Shown here: one piece after another, positions 46,566-56,217 of the stretch
Position numbering within the stretch: the first letter of the stretch is position 1
How the letters are laid out: each line of letters opens with the position of its first letter
Assembly: GCA_965205485.1 (NCBI GenBank)
Contig: OZ242180.1
Location: 257,449 to 321,448 of the forward strand
Length of the DNA stretch: 64,000 nt
Direction of reading: 5' to 3'
DNA from: Candidatus Latescibacterota bacterium
Lineage (GTDB): Bacteria; Latescibacterota; UBA2968; GCA-2709665
Notes under the pieces: model-generated
Seen by the model: the letters and a program-made list of their open reading frames with translations, nothing else
Databases searched by the model: none
Told to the model about the DNA's origin: nothing
Position numbers and translations under genes: made by a program

Positions 46566-48983
46566 ATGCCTTTAATCAAATTCATCGCTTCCACTGTCGT
46601 CACCGTGATCGTCGTTCTGGCTCTGGATACCCGGATGGGCGGGTTTCCCGCAGCGGGAAGATTCCTGAGTCCGTTCCACGGTTTCTGGCAGAACGCCGAG
46701 ACGCAGGACCCGCCGGCGGAAGGCGAATTGCGGCTCGCCGGACTGATCGAACCCGTATCGGTCCTCTATGACGAACGCAGGGTGCCGCATATCTTCGCGA
46801 AGAATGACCGGGACCTGTTTTTCGCGCAGGGATATATTACAGCGAAGGACCGCCTGTGGCAGATGGAGTTTCAGACGATGGCCGCGGCAGGGCGGCTTGC
46901 GGAGGTCCTCGGAACCAGCGCACTGGAGCGCGACCGGTACCAGCGGCGGGTCGGCCTGGTTTACGGCGCACGGAATACGCTCAAGGAAATCATGGCCGAG
47001 CCGGAAACCCGGCTTTCCGTCTCCGCGTACACAGACGGCGTCAATGAATACATCGGCAGCCTGCGCGTGCGAGACTACCCCATTGAGTACAAACTGCTGG
47101 GCTACGCCCCCGAGCCCTGGACGCCATCGAAATGCGCGATCCTGATCAAGTCCATGGCGTGGACACTGCGCGGCGGGAACGCGGAACTCAGGATGACCAA
47201 CACGCTCGACCGGTTCGGCGAGGAGGTTGTACGGGACCTGTTCTCAAACCCATCCGGAGACGACACGATAATCCCGAGGGCAACGCCGTGGGACTTCGAG
47301 CCCCGAAAAGTCATCCGGCCGGACACGCGTTTCATCAGAGGGTCGATCGGCGCGGAAAACGGTAGCGGAATCGGAAGCAACAACTGGGCGGTCTCCGGAT
47401 CCAGGACCGCCAGCGGGTATCCTATATTGGCGAACGACCCGCACCTGAGCCTTTCCCTGCCGTCGCTGTGGTACGAGATTCAACTCGCCGGACCCACCGT
47501 CAACGTGTATGGCGTATCCCTTCCGGGCGGACCGGGCGTGGTTATCGGATTCAACCGGCAAATCGCCTGGGGGTTCACGAACGCGGGAACGGACGTAACG
47601 GATTGGTACAAGATCGCCTTCAAGGATGACACACTCCAGGAATACCGCCACGGCGGCCGGTGGCGTCCGGTGGAAACTGTCGTCGAAGAATTCAGCGTGC
47701 GGGGCGGCGAGACCTTTCGCGACACCGTGCGCTACACGCATCACGGCCCGGTCGTATGGGATTCCAGCTACAGGCCATCCGACTCGCGGGTGCCGGAACG
47801 CCATGCGTTCCGCTGGACGGCTCACGACGGCGGAAACGAGTGGCTGGCCTGCCACCGCCTCAATTCAGCGCGCGGCTACGACGATTTCGTCGCGGCGCTC
47901 CCCCACCTCACCGCTCCCGGGCAGAACTTCGCCTACGCAGACGTTGACGGGAATATCGCAATCTGGCATAACGGCCGATTCCCGGTAAGGTGGGAGGGCC
48001 AGGGCGCCTTCATCGCCGACGGCTCGGACCCCCTCCACGACTGGCAGGACTGGATACCAAACGCCCACAAGCCCCACGTCAAGAATCCGGATCGCGGGTT
48101 TGTGAGTTCCGCCAACCAGCGCCCGGCGGATGAATCCTATCCGTATTGGCTGGCCAACGGCTATTCCTCACCGGTTCGCGCGCGTCGAATCAACGAACGT
48201 CTGGCCGAATTGAAGGACATCACGCCGGACGACTTCCGGAAACTGCAGCTCGACACAAAGCACCTCCGCGCCCAGGCCGTCCTGCCCGTCCTGCTGGCGT
48301 TTATCGAACCTGAGTCCCTCGGTCCCGATATGGCGGCGGTCTACCAGGAACTTCAGAACTGGGACTACTTCGCCGATGCCGCCAGGATCGCCCCCACCGT
48401 TTTCCAAACCTGGTGGGGAAAGCTCTACCGGGCAATCTGGGACGATGAATTCAGCGGATCGGGCCCCGGTCTGCAACGCCCTTCCGCGGATCGAACGGTG
48501 AGCTTGATCCTCGACGAGCCGGACGCCAGATGGTTTGACGACACGCGGACCGAACCTGTGGAGTCGCTGGCCGACCTTGCCCGCGGCACGTTTGCGGCAT
48601 CTTGCATTGAATTGACGAAAAGGCTCGGTCCGGCGGGCGAAGCCTGGCAATGGGGACGCTTCAAAGGCGCGGATATCAGGCATCTGTTGAGGATACCTGA
48701 ATTTTCGCATCTGGATCTGTTCGTACACGGCGGCCGCGACATCGTCAATGCGACCCGGGGGGGGCATGGCCCATGCTGGCGAATGGTCGTGTCCCTCGGT
48801 CCTGACGTACGAGCATGGGGAATCTATCCCGGCGGGCAATCCGGCAACCCGGGCAGCAGGCACTACGACGACTTTGTCGACACCTGGGTCAATGGCGAAC
48901 TGGATGAACTTCTGTTCATGAAAACGCCGGAAGACGGCCAAGGGCGTATCGAGGAACGGTTGACGCTGGTCACAAGACCGTAA
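46566..48983 (+). CDS. penicillin acylase family (Ntn hydrolase, S45) protein
   Basis: GSNNWAVSGSRTASGYPILANDPHL (Ser nucleophile context), with an N-terminal TM or signal segment. Confidence 0.85.
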   Translation: MPLIKFIASTVVTVIVVLALDTRMGGFPAAGRFLSPFHGFWQNAETQDPPAEGELRLAGLIEPVSVLYDERRVPHIFAKNDRDLFFAQGYITAKDRLWQMEFQTMAAAGRLAEVLGTSALERDRYQRRVGLVYGARNTLKEIMAEPETRLSVSAYTDGVNEYIGSLRVRDYPIEYKLLGYAPEPWTPSKCAILIKSMAWTLRGGNAELRMTNTLDRFGEEVVRDLFSNPSGDDTIIPRATPWDFEPRKVIRPDTRFIRGSIGAENGSGIGSNNWAVSGSRTASGYPILANDPHLSLSLPSLWYEIQLAGPTVNVYGVSLPGGPGVVIGFNRQIAWGFTNAGTDVTDWYKIAFKDDTLQEYRHGGRWRPVETVVEEFSVRGGETFRDTVRYTHHGPVVWDSSYRPSDSRVPERHAFRWTAHDGGNEWLACHRLNSARGYDDFVAALPHLTAPGQNFAYADVDGNIAIWHNGRFPVRWEGQGAFIADGSDPLHDWQDWIPNAHKPHVKNPDRGFVSSANQRPADESYPYWLANGYSSPVRARRINERLAELKDITPDDFRKLQLDTKHLRAQAVLPVLLAFIEPESLGPDMAAVYQELQNWDYFADAARIAPTVFQTWWGKLYRAIWDDEFSGSGPGLQRPSADRTVSLILDEPDARWFDDTRTEPVESLADLARGTFAASCIELTKRLGPAGEAWQWGRFKGADIRHLLRIPEFSHLDLFVHGGRDIVNATRGGHGPCWRMVVSLGPDVRAWGIYPGGQSGNPGSRHYDDFVDTWVNGELDELLFMKTPEDGQGRIEERLTLVTRP

Positions 48984-49089
48984 GACGGAAAATCGCGGGC
49001 GAATTTACAAAAAATGCCGAGACCCCAGTGACGGATCGCGCACCGGTGCCACGACTTCATTTTACTCCCATCATATTGTTATTTATTTC

Positions 49090-49282
49090 TTTACGCCCTT
49101 TTTCTTTCTCGCCAAAGAAAAAGGGCCAAAAAGAACGGCGCCGCTCGGCGCGGAGCCGGTTTTTCCGTGAATCACCTCAGAGGTAAGAAAGAAATGAGTG
49201 CCCTACATGCCCCTGAAGCATATCAATATTAAGGTGCTGGACGGATTAACACGGAAAAACCCCCCACGCCACAACCGAGCGG
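49090..49282 (+). repeat. structured intergenic element, copy S (module 1 at 49090-49180, module 2 at 49239-49282)
   Basis: Module 1 is near-identical to the reverse complement of 35400-35489. Module 2 (GGACGGATTAACACGGAAAAACCCCCC...) matches the reverse complement of 35299-35342. Confidence 0.7.
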
Positions 49283-49345
49283 CAAGGAGTTAGACTGGTA
49301 GGGACAGCCGCGTGGTGTTGCGGTTCTGCCGCTGGCTCCTGCGAC

Positions 49346-49372
49346 TCCGGAATCGAGGGCATCCTGCCCTCG
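49346..49372. repeat. solitary REP hairpin (CGAGGGCATCCTGCCCTCG)
   Basis: Same 7-bp stem and 3-nt loop as in the elements at 9.4 and 45.4 kb. Confidence 0.7.
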
Positions 49373-49467
49373 TTGGGCCTCTTCGGGTCCTGCCTAATCG
49401 TGACGCTGACATCGACAGGTTTGTTTTTGATTCAAGCTGATTGCTGACGGCTGATAGCTTTCTCTAT

Positions 49468-49812
49468 ATGATCTCAACCGCTCTATACGTCCTTGTATTC
49501 GGCCTGATCGCCGGCCTTACGCTACCGTGGTGGGGCATCGGCGTGGCAGGATTCACAGCCGGGTTCTGGAAGTCGCCAACCGCGTGGAAAGCGCTGGGCG
49601 CGGGTTTCAGCGGCGCAGCGATCCTGTGGCTGGCGGCCGCTGGCTATATCCACCTTAAATCCGGCGGCATTCTCACGGCGAAGATCGCCGGCATTGCAGG
49701 CCTTTCGGATCCATCCCTGCTGGTCGTAACAACGGCGCTGATCGGGGGCCTTGTCGCGGCGCTCGCCGCGGCGACGGGATACCATCTGAGATCGCTGCTG
49801 AAGAAATCCTGA
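49468..49812 (+). CDS. small polytopic membrane protein
   Basis: 114 aa, almost entirely hydrophobic or Gly/Ala-rich (MISTALYVLVFGLIAGLTLPWWGIGVAGF...). Confidence 0.5.
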   Translation: MISTALYVLVFGLIAGLTLPWWGIGVAGFTAGFWKSPTAWKALGAGFSGAAILWLAAAGYIHLKSGGILTAKIAGIAGLSDPSLLVVTTALIGGLVAALAAATGYHLRSLLKKS

Positions 49813-49825
49813 CATCGGGAATCGC

Positions 49826-50045
49826 GAGGGCGACCACAAGAGTCGCCCTTACATTTGAGACACAAGCGTCAGGATCAACTGACCCATGTGGCGCAACCCG
49901 TAGTTTTCCACCCTCTCTCCCGCGGGAGAGAGGTCGCCATTTGCGGTCGCACCATTCTGGCACTGACATCAATAATTGGCATCGCGCATCCGTTTCGCTA
50001 ACCGGTTTGGCTGAAAGCTGATGGCTGATGGCTGACAGCTTGTTT
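49826..50045 (+). repeat. family H1 element, copy 2
   Basis: GGGCGACCACAAGAGTCGCCC TTACA ... CGCTAACCGGTTTGGCTGAAAGCTGATGGCTGATGGCTGACAGCT. Contains an internal palindrome CCTCTCTCCCGCGGGAGAGAGG. Confidence 0.7.
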
Positions 50046-50133
50046 CCTGGCCGCTGACCGCTGGCCTCTGCCTTTCCCTTTGTGTCTTTGTTTCTTTGTG
50101 CCTATGTGTGAGCCGATTCTTGCGTGCAGAACG

Positions 50134-50256
50134 ACGGGCGACCGGCCGGTCGCCCCTACAAATCCGATACGGGCGCGGATATCACCGGTGAACGTTGCTG
50201 AACCGTATCGTTAACCGGTTTTGGCTGACGGCTGATAGCTGACGGCTGACAGCTTA
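50134..50256 (+). repeat. family H1 element, copy 3
   Basis: GGGCGACCGGCCGGTCGCCC CTACA ... GTATCGTTAACCGGTTTTGGCTGACGGCTGATAGCTGACGGCTGACAGCT. Confidence 0.7.
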
Positions 50257-50364
50257 AAAACGAAGTTTGATATTGACAAATCCCCGGAGAAAATCTATCT
50301 TCTTCATCTTCAGCGTGATACGCGAACTTGACTCCTCGAACCCGGATGGAAAGCGCGGGCGTCG

Positions 50365-50775
50365 ATGCCTGAAAACACATTGCTGATCATCAAACCGGAC
50401 GCGGTTTCCCGGAATGCCATCGGCGCCATCGTCAAACGCGTGGAAGACAAAGGGTTCAGGATTCGACAGTTGAGAATGACGCGATTCACCCGCGAGGAGG
50501 CCACCCGGTTCTACGCCGTACACGAGGGACAACCATTTTTTGACGGCCTGATCGATTTCATGTCTTCGGGTCCCATCGTGCCGCTGGCGCTGGAGCGGGA
50601 AGACGCGGTGTCGATCCTGCGCGAAATCATTGGCGTAACCGATTCGGCGAAAGCCGCTGAAGGCACCATTCGCAGGGATTTCGGCACAACCGTACAGCGC
50701 AACGCCGTGCACGCGTCGGACTCGCCGGAAACAGCGACATGGGAGATTGCCTTTTTCTTCGGAGAAGACGCTTAG
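50365..50775 (+). CDS. ndk: nucleoside-diphosphate kinase
   Basis: TLLIIKPDAV...NAVHASDS. Confidence 0.9.
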   Translation: MPENTLLIIKPDAVSRNAIGAIVKRVEDKGFRIRQLRMTRFTREEATRFYAVHEGQPFFDGLIDFMSSGPIVPLALEREDAVSILREIIGVTDSAKAAEGTIRRDFGTTVQRNAVHASDSPETATWEIAFFFGEDA

Positions 50776-50808
50776 CCTTAATTCCGCAAAAACAGCAACG
50801 CGGCGACG

Positions 50809-50985
50809 CGATAAAACCCTCCGAAACAGGGCGATATCGACGTTTAGAAGGACGTTTTTTCCGTTCACGTCCAGTGACTTGGTGTATCCTGGAAATCCGC
50901 CGTCTAATCGCCTTTATTTACAAGCACATATTCGAATTAACGTCCCCGAAGACTTAGGAATCAAGGTTAGAACGGACACGCGTAA
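50809..50985 (+). repeat. ~175-bp intergenic repeat (family P), copy 1, with a promoter-like core
   Basis: Shares GATAAAACCCTCCGAAACAGGG and TCCAGTGACTTGGTGTATCCTGG blocks with 62839-63012, at about 75% identity by eye. Confidence 0.65.
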
Positions 50986-51004
50986 TCCAAATGGACACCT
51001 TTCG

Positions 51005-51517
51005 ATGATTGTCGCACTCAACGAACTCGAAGAAGGCACGGCCAGTCTGGACTGGGAAGAAACTCCCGAAGAGTTGCACATCCAGGATGAAGATCTGCAA
51101 TTTGTGGGTCCCATCAAGACGCGTATCAAGTTCGTCAAGATAGGCGAATCCATATCTGCAAGCGGCCGGACGAATGCCGACCTTCGGCTCGAGTGCGTGC
51201 GATGCCTGGAACCCGTTTCGTTCTCCCTCTCCTCCGATTTCAAATTCGTCTTCCAGAAAAACCGTCCGGAATCCATGGCAGATGATGAAGACGAAACGAT
51301 GATCTGGCTGGACGAATCCGGAGACAAAGTCGACCTCGGCGAAGAAATCAAGGACTACATACTGCTGGAAATGCCGTTGAATCCCCTGTGCAAGACGTCC
51401 TGCGAGGGGCTTTGCTCAATTTGCGGTGAGAACCTCAACCTGACGCAGTGCAACTGTTCGTCAACTCAGATCGACCCCCGTTGGGAAGCCCTGCGAGCGT
51501 TGAAAGAACAATCCTGA
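51005..51517 (+). CDS. yceD: YceD/DUF177 family protein
   Basis: [10 protein letters not shown]...[26 protein letters not shown]; precedes rpmF as usual. ATG 51005 gives 170 aa. The longer track ORF covers the repeat and is unlikely. Confidence 0.75.
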   Translation: MIVALNELEEGTASLDWEETPEELHIQDEDLQFVGPIKTRIKFVKIGESISASGRTNADLRLECVRCLEPVSFSLSSDFKFVFQKNRPESMADDEDETMIWLDESGDKVDLGEEIKDYILLEMPLNPLCKTSCEGLCSICGENLNLTQCNCSSTQIDPRWEALRALKEQS

Positions 51518-51531
51518 AGGAGCATTTCAAA

Positions 51532-51714
51532 ATGGCACACCCGAAACGCAGGAGTTCCAATTCCAGAACCGGCAAGCGACGGACCCACTGGAAGCTTTCG
51601 AGACCCGCTTTCTCTGAATGTCCCAACTGCGGCCAGCCTCGCAGGCCTCACCGGGTCTGCTCGAACTGCGGCCAATACAACGGACGTGAAGTAACCGAAG
51701 GCGAAAGCGTCTGA
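51532..51714 (+). CDS. rpmF: 50S ribosomal protein L32
   Basis: [22 protein letters not shown]...[18 protein letters not shown]; GAAGGAG upstream. Confidence 0.9.
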   Translation: MAHPKRRSSNSRTGKRRTHWKLSRPAFSECPNCGQPRRPHRVCSNCGQYNGREVTEGESV

Positions 51715-51770
51715 TCTCCGGAACGAGCGGCGTAACCCGATAACGAATCCCCCAATCGTCACCCTTGCCT

Positions 51771-52766
51771 ATGAAAAAAAAAGTCAATGCTTCCGTCACC
51801 GGCGTCTCCCGCTTTCTCCCCGAACGCCGGCTGACGAATGCCGACCTTGAACACATGGTGGATACTTCGGACGAATGGATTCGATCACGAACGGGTATTG
51901 CAGAACGCCGTATTCTCGACGACGGCCTGGGCGCCTCTCACATGGCCGCCCGGGCGATGGAGTCCCTGCTCGAACAAAAGGGTCTGGATGCGAATGAAAT
52001 CGATCTGATTATCGTTGCAACGGTCACGCCTGACATGGTCTATCCCGCCACCGCGTGCCTGGTGCAGCACGAGGTGGGGGCCGGGAACGCGTGGGGGTTC
52101 GACCTCTCCGCGGCATGCTGCGGGTTCCTGTACGCGCTGGTCGTAGGCGGACAGTTTGTGGAAAGCGGAGCGCACAGGAGAGTGGTGGTCATCGGCTCCG
52201 ACAAAATGAGCTCCGTTGTCGACTACACCAACCGTGAGACCTGCGTCTTGTTCGGGGACGGCGCGGGGGCTGTCCTCCTGGAACCCGACGAGACCGGCGC
52301 CGGCATCCAGGACTTCATCCTGAACGTGGACGGATCCGGCGGCCAGTATCTGTGCCAACCGGCCGGCGGCAGTCTGCATCCCGCAAGCCACGAAACCGTT
52401 GACAAGAAAATGCACTACGTTCACCAGGACGGGCCTCGCGTCCTCAAGTTCGCCAGCAGCAGCATGGCCGCGGTTTCAGCGGAACTGCTGGAACGAAACG
52501 GACTCAGCGGCGACGATATCGCACTGCTGGTACCGCACCAGGCGAATAAACGCATCATCGACGCGACGGCGCGCCGAATGAAGCTGGCGCCGGAACGCGT
52601 ACTGGTCAACATCGACAGATACGCGAACACGACCTGCGGCACAATCCCAATCGCCCTATCCGAAGCGGTCGAACAGGAACGTGTGAAGCGGGGCGACTAC
52701 ATTGTCGTGTCAAGCGCCGGAGCCGGCTATACCTGGGGAAGCGCCCTGCTGAAGTGGGCGTATTGA
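51771..52766 (+). CDS. fabH: 3-oxoacyl-ACP synthase III
   Basis: DTSDEWIRSRTGI...DLSAACCGF...VPHQANKRI...ANTTCGTIP. Confidence 0.9.
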   Translation: MKKKVNASVTGVSRFLPERRLTNADLEHMVDTSDEWIRSRTGIAERRILDDGLGASHMAARAMESLLEQKGLDANEIDLIIVATVTPDMVYPATACLVQHEVGAGNAWGFDLSAACCGFLYALVVGGQFVESGAHRRVVVIGSDKMSSVVDYTNRETCVLFGDGAGAVLLEPDETGAGIQDFILNVDGSGGQYLCQPAGGSLHPASHETVDKKMHYVHQDGPRVLKFASSSMAAVSAELLERNGLSGDDIALLVPHQANKRIIDATARRMKLAPERVLVNIDRYANTTCGTIPIALSEAVEQERVKRGDYIVVSSAGAGYTWGSALLKWAY

Positions 52767-52814
52767 TCGGAGTCGATGGTTGGAATCCACAAGCAGGTAC
52801 GTTTTTGGACCGTC

Positions 52815-53735
52815 ATGTCCCTAGCATTCTTATTTCCCGGCCAGGGCGCGCAATACGTGGGGATGGCCAGCGATCTTTACAGCGCCTCACCGATCGCACA
52901 GTACGTATTCAATCTGACCGACCGCATCTCCGAGACCGGTCTCAAGACATTCTGTTTCGACGGTCCGGAAGAATCCCTGAAACAGACGGCCATCACGCAG
53001 CCGGCCATCTTCGCGCACAGCATTTCGGTATTTGAAATCCTGAGAGACAGGGGCATCAACCCGGATTTCGTGGCCGGACACAGCGTGGGAGAACTGGCGG
53101 CCCTTGTCGCCGCCGGGGTCATGTCCCTGGAAGACGGTGTGCGCATCGTGGGAATACGCGGGCGGGCCATGCACGCGGCGGGGAAAATGCACCCCGGCAC
53201 GATGGCGGCCATCATAGGCCTGGAAGACAGTGCGGTCGTGGACATCTGTGAATCGCCTGGGACGGGTGTGGTGGTCGTGCCCGCAAACTTCAACTGCCCC
53301 GGCCAGGTCGTCATTTCGGGTGAGCCGACGGCCGTGAAACGGGCCATGATCAAGGCATCGGATGAGGGCGCCAGGAGGGTTGTCGAACTCCAGGTCAGCG
53401 GCGCCTTTCACTCGGGCCTTATGCAATCCGCCCTGGGCACGCTTGAAGGCGCCCTCGCGAACGTTCCATTCTCACCGGCGCGCATTCCGGTGGTGCCGAA
53501 TACGACGGCGGAACCCACGACCGATCCGGACGTACTCAAAGACCTTCTCATCAAACAGGTTGTCTCCCCCGTCCGATGGACGGATTCAATGGCGCGGCTC
53601 GTTTCGGAAGGTGTTGACCGCGCGATCGAAGCTGGCCCCGGAAGTACGTTGAAAGCCCTGATGCGGCGCATCGAAAAGGGGGTCGCCGTAACGTCCGTCG
53701 GAACCCTCGAGGACCTGGACAGTCTTACGGTATGA
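52815..53735 (+). CDS. fabD: malonyl CoA-ACP transacylase
   Basis: LAFLFPGQGAQYVGM...VAGHSVGELAA. Confidence 0.9.
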   Translation: MSLAFLFPGQGAQYVGMASDLYSASPIAQYVFNLTDRISETGLKTFCFDGPEESLKQTAITQPAIFAHSISVFEILRDRGINPDFVAGHSVGELAALVAAGVMSLEDGVRIVGIRGRAMHAAGKMHPGTMAAIIGLEDSAVVDICESPGTGVVVVPANFNCPGQVVISGEPTAVKRAMIKASDEGARRVVELQVSGAFHSGLMQSALGTLEGALANVPFSPARIPVVPNTTAEPTTDPDVLKDLLIKQVVSPVRWTDSMARLVSEGVDRAIEAGPGSTLKALMRRIEKGVAVTSVGTLEDLDSLTV

Positions 53736-54478
53736 ATCGACTCAAGGACAAGACCGCGATCGTCACGGGCGGGTCCCGCGGCATCGGCGAGGCCATCGCC
53801 GGCCGCCTGGCCGAAGAAGGCGCAAGGGTGGCGGTGTGCGCCAGCCGGACCCTCGAAAGCGCACTGGCGGTGGCGGAAGCCATCGAGAGCCGCGGCGGGA
53901 GCGCGTTCGCGCTGAAGGCGGACGTTTCGAACGCCACCGACGTCGCCGAGCTTTTCAAGTCCGTCCTGGACCGCTGGGGCGGGGTGGACGTTCTGGTCAA
54001 CAATGCCGGAATTACGCGCGACGGTTTACTGATGCGACTGAAGCCGGGGGACTGGGACGACGTTCTCAACGTCAACCTCAAGGGCGCATTTCTGTGTACA
54101 CAGGCCGCCGTAAGACCGATGATGAGGGCGCGGTCCGGTCGGATCATCAATATCTCATCCGTAACGGGGTTGATGGGAAACCCGGGACAGGCCGGGTACA
54201 CCGCCGCGAAATCCGGGCTTATCGGCCTGACAAAAACCACCGCGAAAGAACTGGCGAGCAGGGGCATCACTGCCAACGTGGTGGCGCCCGGATATATCCC
54301 CACCGAAATGACGGAAAAGCTCCCTGAACAACTCAAAGAGAAGATTCTCGAACAGGTCCCCCTGGGCACACCGGGAACACCCGAAGATGTCGCGGCGGCG
54401 GTCGCGTTTCTGGCCTCCGGCGACGCTGCATATATCACCGGGCAGGTCCTGGTCGTGGACGGCGGGATGGTCATGTAA
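53732..54478 (+). CDS. fabG: 3-oxoacyl-ACP reductase
   Basis: [11 protein letters not shown]...NNAGITRD...YTAAKSG. ATGA overlap with fabD. Confidence 0.9.
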   Translation: MNRLKDKTAIVTGGSRGIGEAIAGRLAEEGARVAVCASRTLESALAVAEAIESRGGSAFALKADVSNATDVAELFKSVLDRWGGVDVLVNNAGITRDGLLMRLKPGDWDDVLNVNLKGAFLCTQAAVRPMMRARSGRIINISSVTGLMGNPGQAGYTAAKSGLIGLTKTTAKELASRGITANVVAPGYIPTEMTEKLPEQLKEKILEQVPLGTPGTPEDVAAAVAFLASGDAAYITGQVLVVDGGMVM

Positions 54479-54561
54479 GCCGAACTGAACCGTCTGGCGA
54501 CAGACGCGAACGGAGAGTCGCGCCGGGGTGTACAGTGCGACAAAAAAGGGAGACAGTTGCC

Positions 54562-54804
54562 ATGGCTGAAGATATTCAGCAGAAAGTCGTCGATCTCATC
54601 GTTGATCAGTTGGGCGTGGATGCCGACAGCGTAACACCGGAAGCCCATTTCATAGATGATCTTGGCGCAGATTCCCTCGACACGGTCGAACTGGTGATGG
54701 CCTTCGAAGAGGAATTCGATATGGAAGTTCCGGATGAAGACGCCGAGAAGCTGGAGACCGTCAGCGACGTCACGGTTTATCTCAAGCAACGCCTGAACGA
54801 ATAG
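54562..54804 (+). CDS. acpP: acyl carrier protein
   Basis: [21 protein letters not shown]. Confidence 0.9.
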   Translation: MAEDIQQKVVDLIVDQLGVDADSVTPEAHFIDDLGADSLDTVELVMAFEEEFDMEVPDEDAEKLETVSDVTVYLKQRLNE

Positions 54805-54957
54805 CCGGCCGCAGACGGGACGGGCAGTTTCAACGGCTGGCGGCGCCCGTGAAGCGACGTCTCGACGTCAGGACTTGAGCGCAAGACACACGGTGGGCGT
54901 GGATTGTTCGACGATGCCGAAGTTCCGTGCCGATGCAAACACGATACCAGGGAGAAG

Positions 54958-56217
54958 GTGCCCTTGAACGGAAACCGAAGGGTTGTGGTGACAGGCCTCG
55001 GCGTCCTCGCGCCGAACGGATTGAACACCGAAGCCTACTGGGAGGCGTTGCTCAATGGAGAGAGCGGCGTCGATCACATCGGCAGATTCGATACGACGGG
55101 ATTCAGGGTTACGTTCGGCGCCGAATTGAAGGATTTCGACGCCCAACGGTTCGGTCTCGACCGTAGACTGGCCAGGCGCAACGATCTGTGCACCCAGTAT
55201 GCCATCTGTTGCGCGCAAATGGCTGTAACGGACGCCGACCTGGACGTGGACGCCGGAAACCCCGACCGGATGGGCGTGGTTTTCGGCTCGGGCATCGGAG
55301 GTATCTGGACCTTCGAAGATCAACACACCGTCCTCCTCGAGAAAGGCGCCCGGCGGATCAGCCCGTTCTTCATCCCCATGATGATTCCGGACATGACGTC
55401 GGGGCAGGTTTCCATCCTGCTCGGCGCCAGAGGGCCGAACTATACCACCGTGTCCGCCTGTTCCTCGGCCGCCCACGCCATCGGATGCGCCTTCAGGGAA
55501 ATCCGCCACGACGAAGCCGACGTCATGGTTACCGGCGGCGCCGAAGCGGCCGTCAGCGCCATGTCGCTGGGGGGTTTCGCTTCGATGAAGGCGCTTTCCA
55601 CGCGCAACGAGGACCCGCAAGCGGCCAGCCGTCCTTTCGACCTGGAGCGTGACGGATTCGTGCTTGGCGAGGGGTCCGGCGCGCTCATACTCGAAGAACT
55701 GCAACACGCGCGGCGGCGGGGCGCACGAATCTACGCAGAGATTTCAGGAGCGGGTTTCACTGCCGATGCGTATCACGTCACCGACATGGCCCCGGGCGGC
55801 GAGGGCGGCGCACGGGCGATGAGAATCGCACTGAACCAGGCAGGGCTGAACCCGGAGGACGTGGACTACATCAATGCCCACGGCACGTCGACCCCGATCG
55901 GCGACCGGACCGAAACCGCGGCCATTAAATCCGTCCTGGGAGATCACGCGCGACAAGCTGCGGTCAGCTCCACCAAATCCATGACGGGCCATCTGCTGGG
56001 CGCCTCCGGCGCGATCGAGAGCATCGCCTGCCTCCTGGCCATCCATCACGGCCGCGTGCCACCCACCATCAACTACGAACATCCCGATCCGGAGTGCGAC
56101 CTGGACTACGTGCCCAACACGGCACGGGAAATGCCGGTCCGCGTGGCCATGAACAACTCCTTCGGGTTCGGCGGGCACAACGCCGTGCTCGCGATGCGCA
56201 GCTACGACGGCCGATAA
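54958..56217 (+). CDS. fabF: 3-oxoacyl-ACP synthase II
   Basis: RRVVVTGLGVLAPNG...TVSACSSAAHAIG...NAHGTSTP...NSFGFGGHN. GTG 54958 has GGGAGAAG upstream. Confidence 0.9.
   Translation: MPLNGNRRVVVTGLGVLAPNGLNTEAYWEALLNGESGVDHIGRFDTTGFRVTFGAELKDFDAQRFGLDRRLARRNDLCTQYAICCAQMAVTDADLDVDAGNPDRMGVVFGSGIGGIWTFEDQHTVLLEKGARRISPFFIPMMIPDMTSGQVSILLGARGPNYTTVSACSSAAHAIGCAFREIRHDEADVMVTGGAEAAVSAMSLGGFASMKALSTRNEDPQAASRPFDLERDGFVLGEGSGALILEELQHARRRGARIYAEISGAGFTADAYHVTDMAPGGEGGARAMRIALNQAGLNPEDVDYINAHGTSTPIGDRTETAAIKSVLGDHARQAAVSSTKSMTGHLLGASGAIESIACLLAIHHGRVPPTINYEHPDPECDLDYVPNTAREMPVRVAMNNSFGFGGHNAVLAMRSYDGR

Noticed and set aside
50223-50254. Heptamer arrays (GCTGAYR and GGTRAGAC families) as CRISPR arrays
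   Set aside because: The units are 7 bp and directly abutting with no spacers, the arrays are only 4-5 units long, and no cas genes are present.
51715-51770. Absence of plsX between rpmF and fabH
   Set aside because: This departs from the common rpmF-plsX-fabH order, but plsX can be encoded elsewhere. The 50-bp gap holds no remnant, so I do not treat it as significant.
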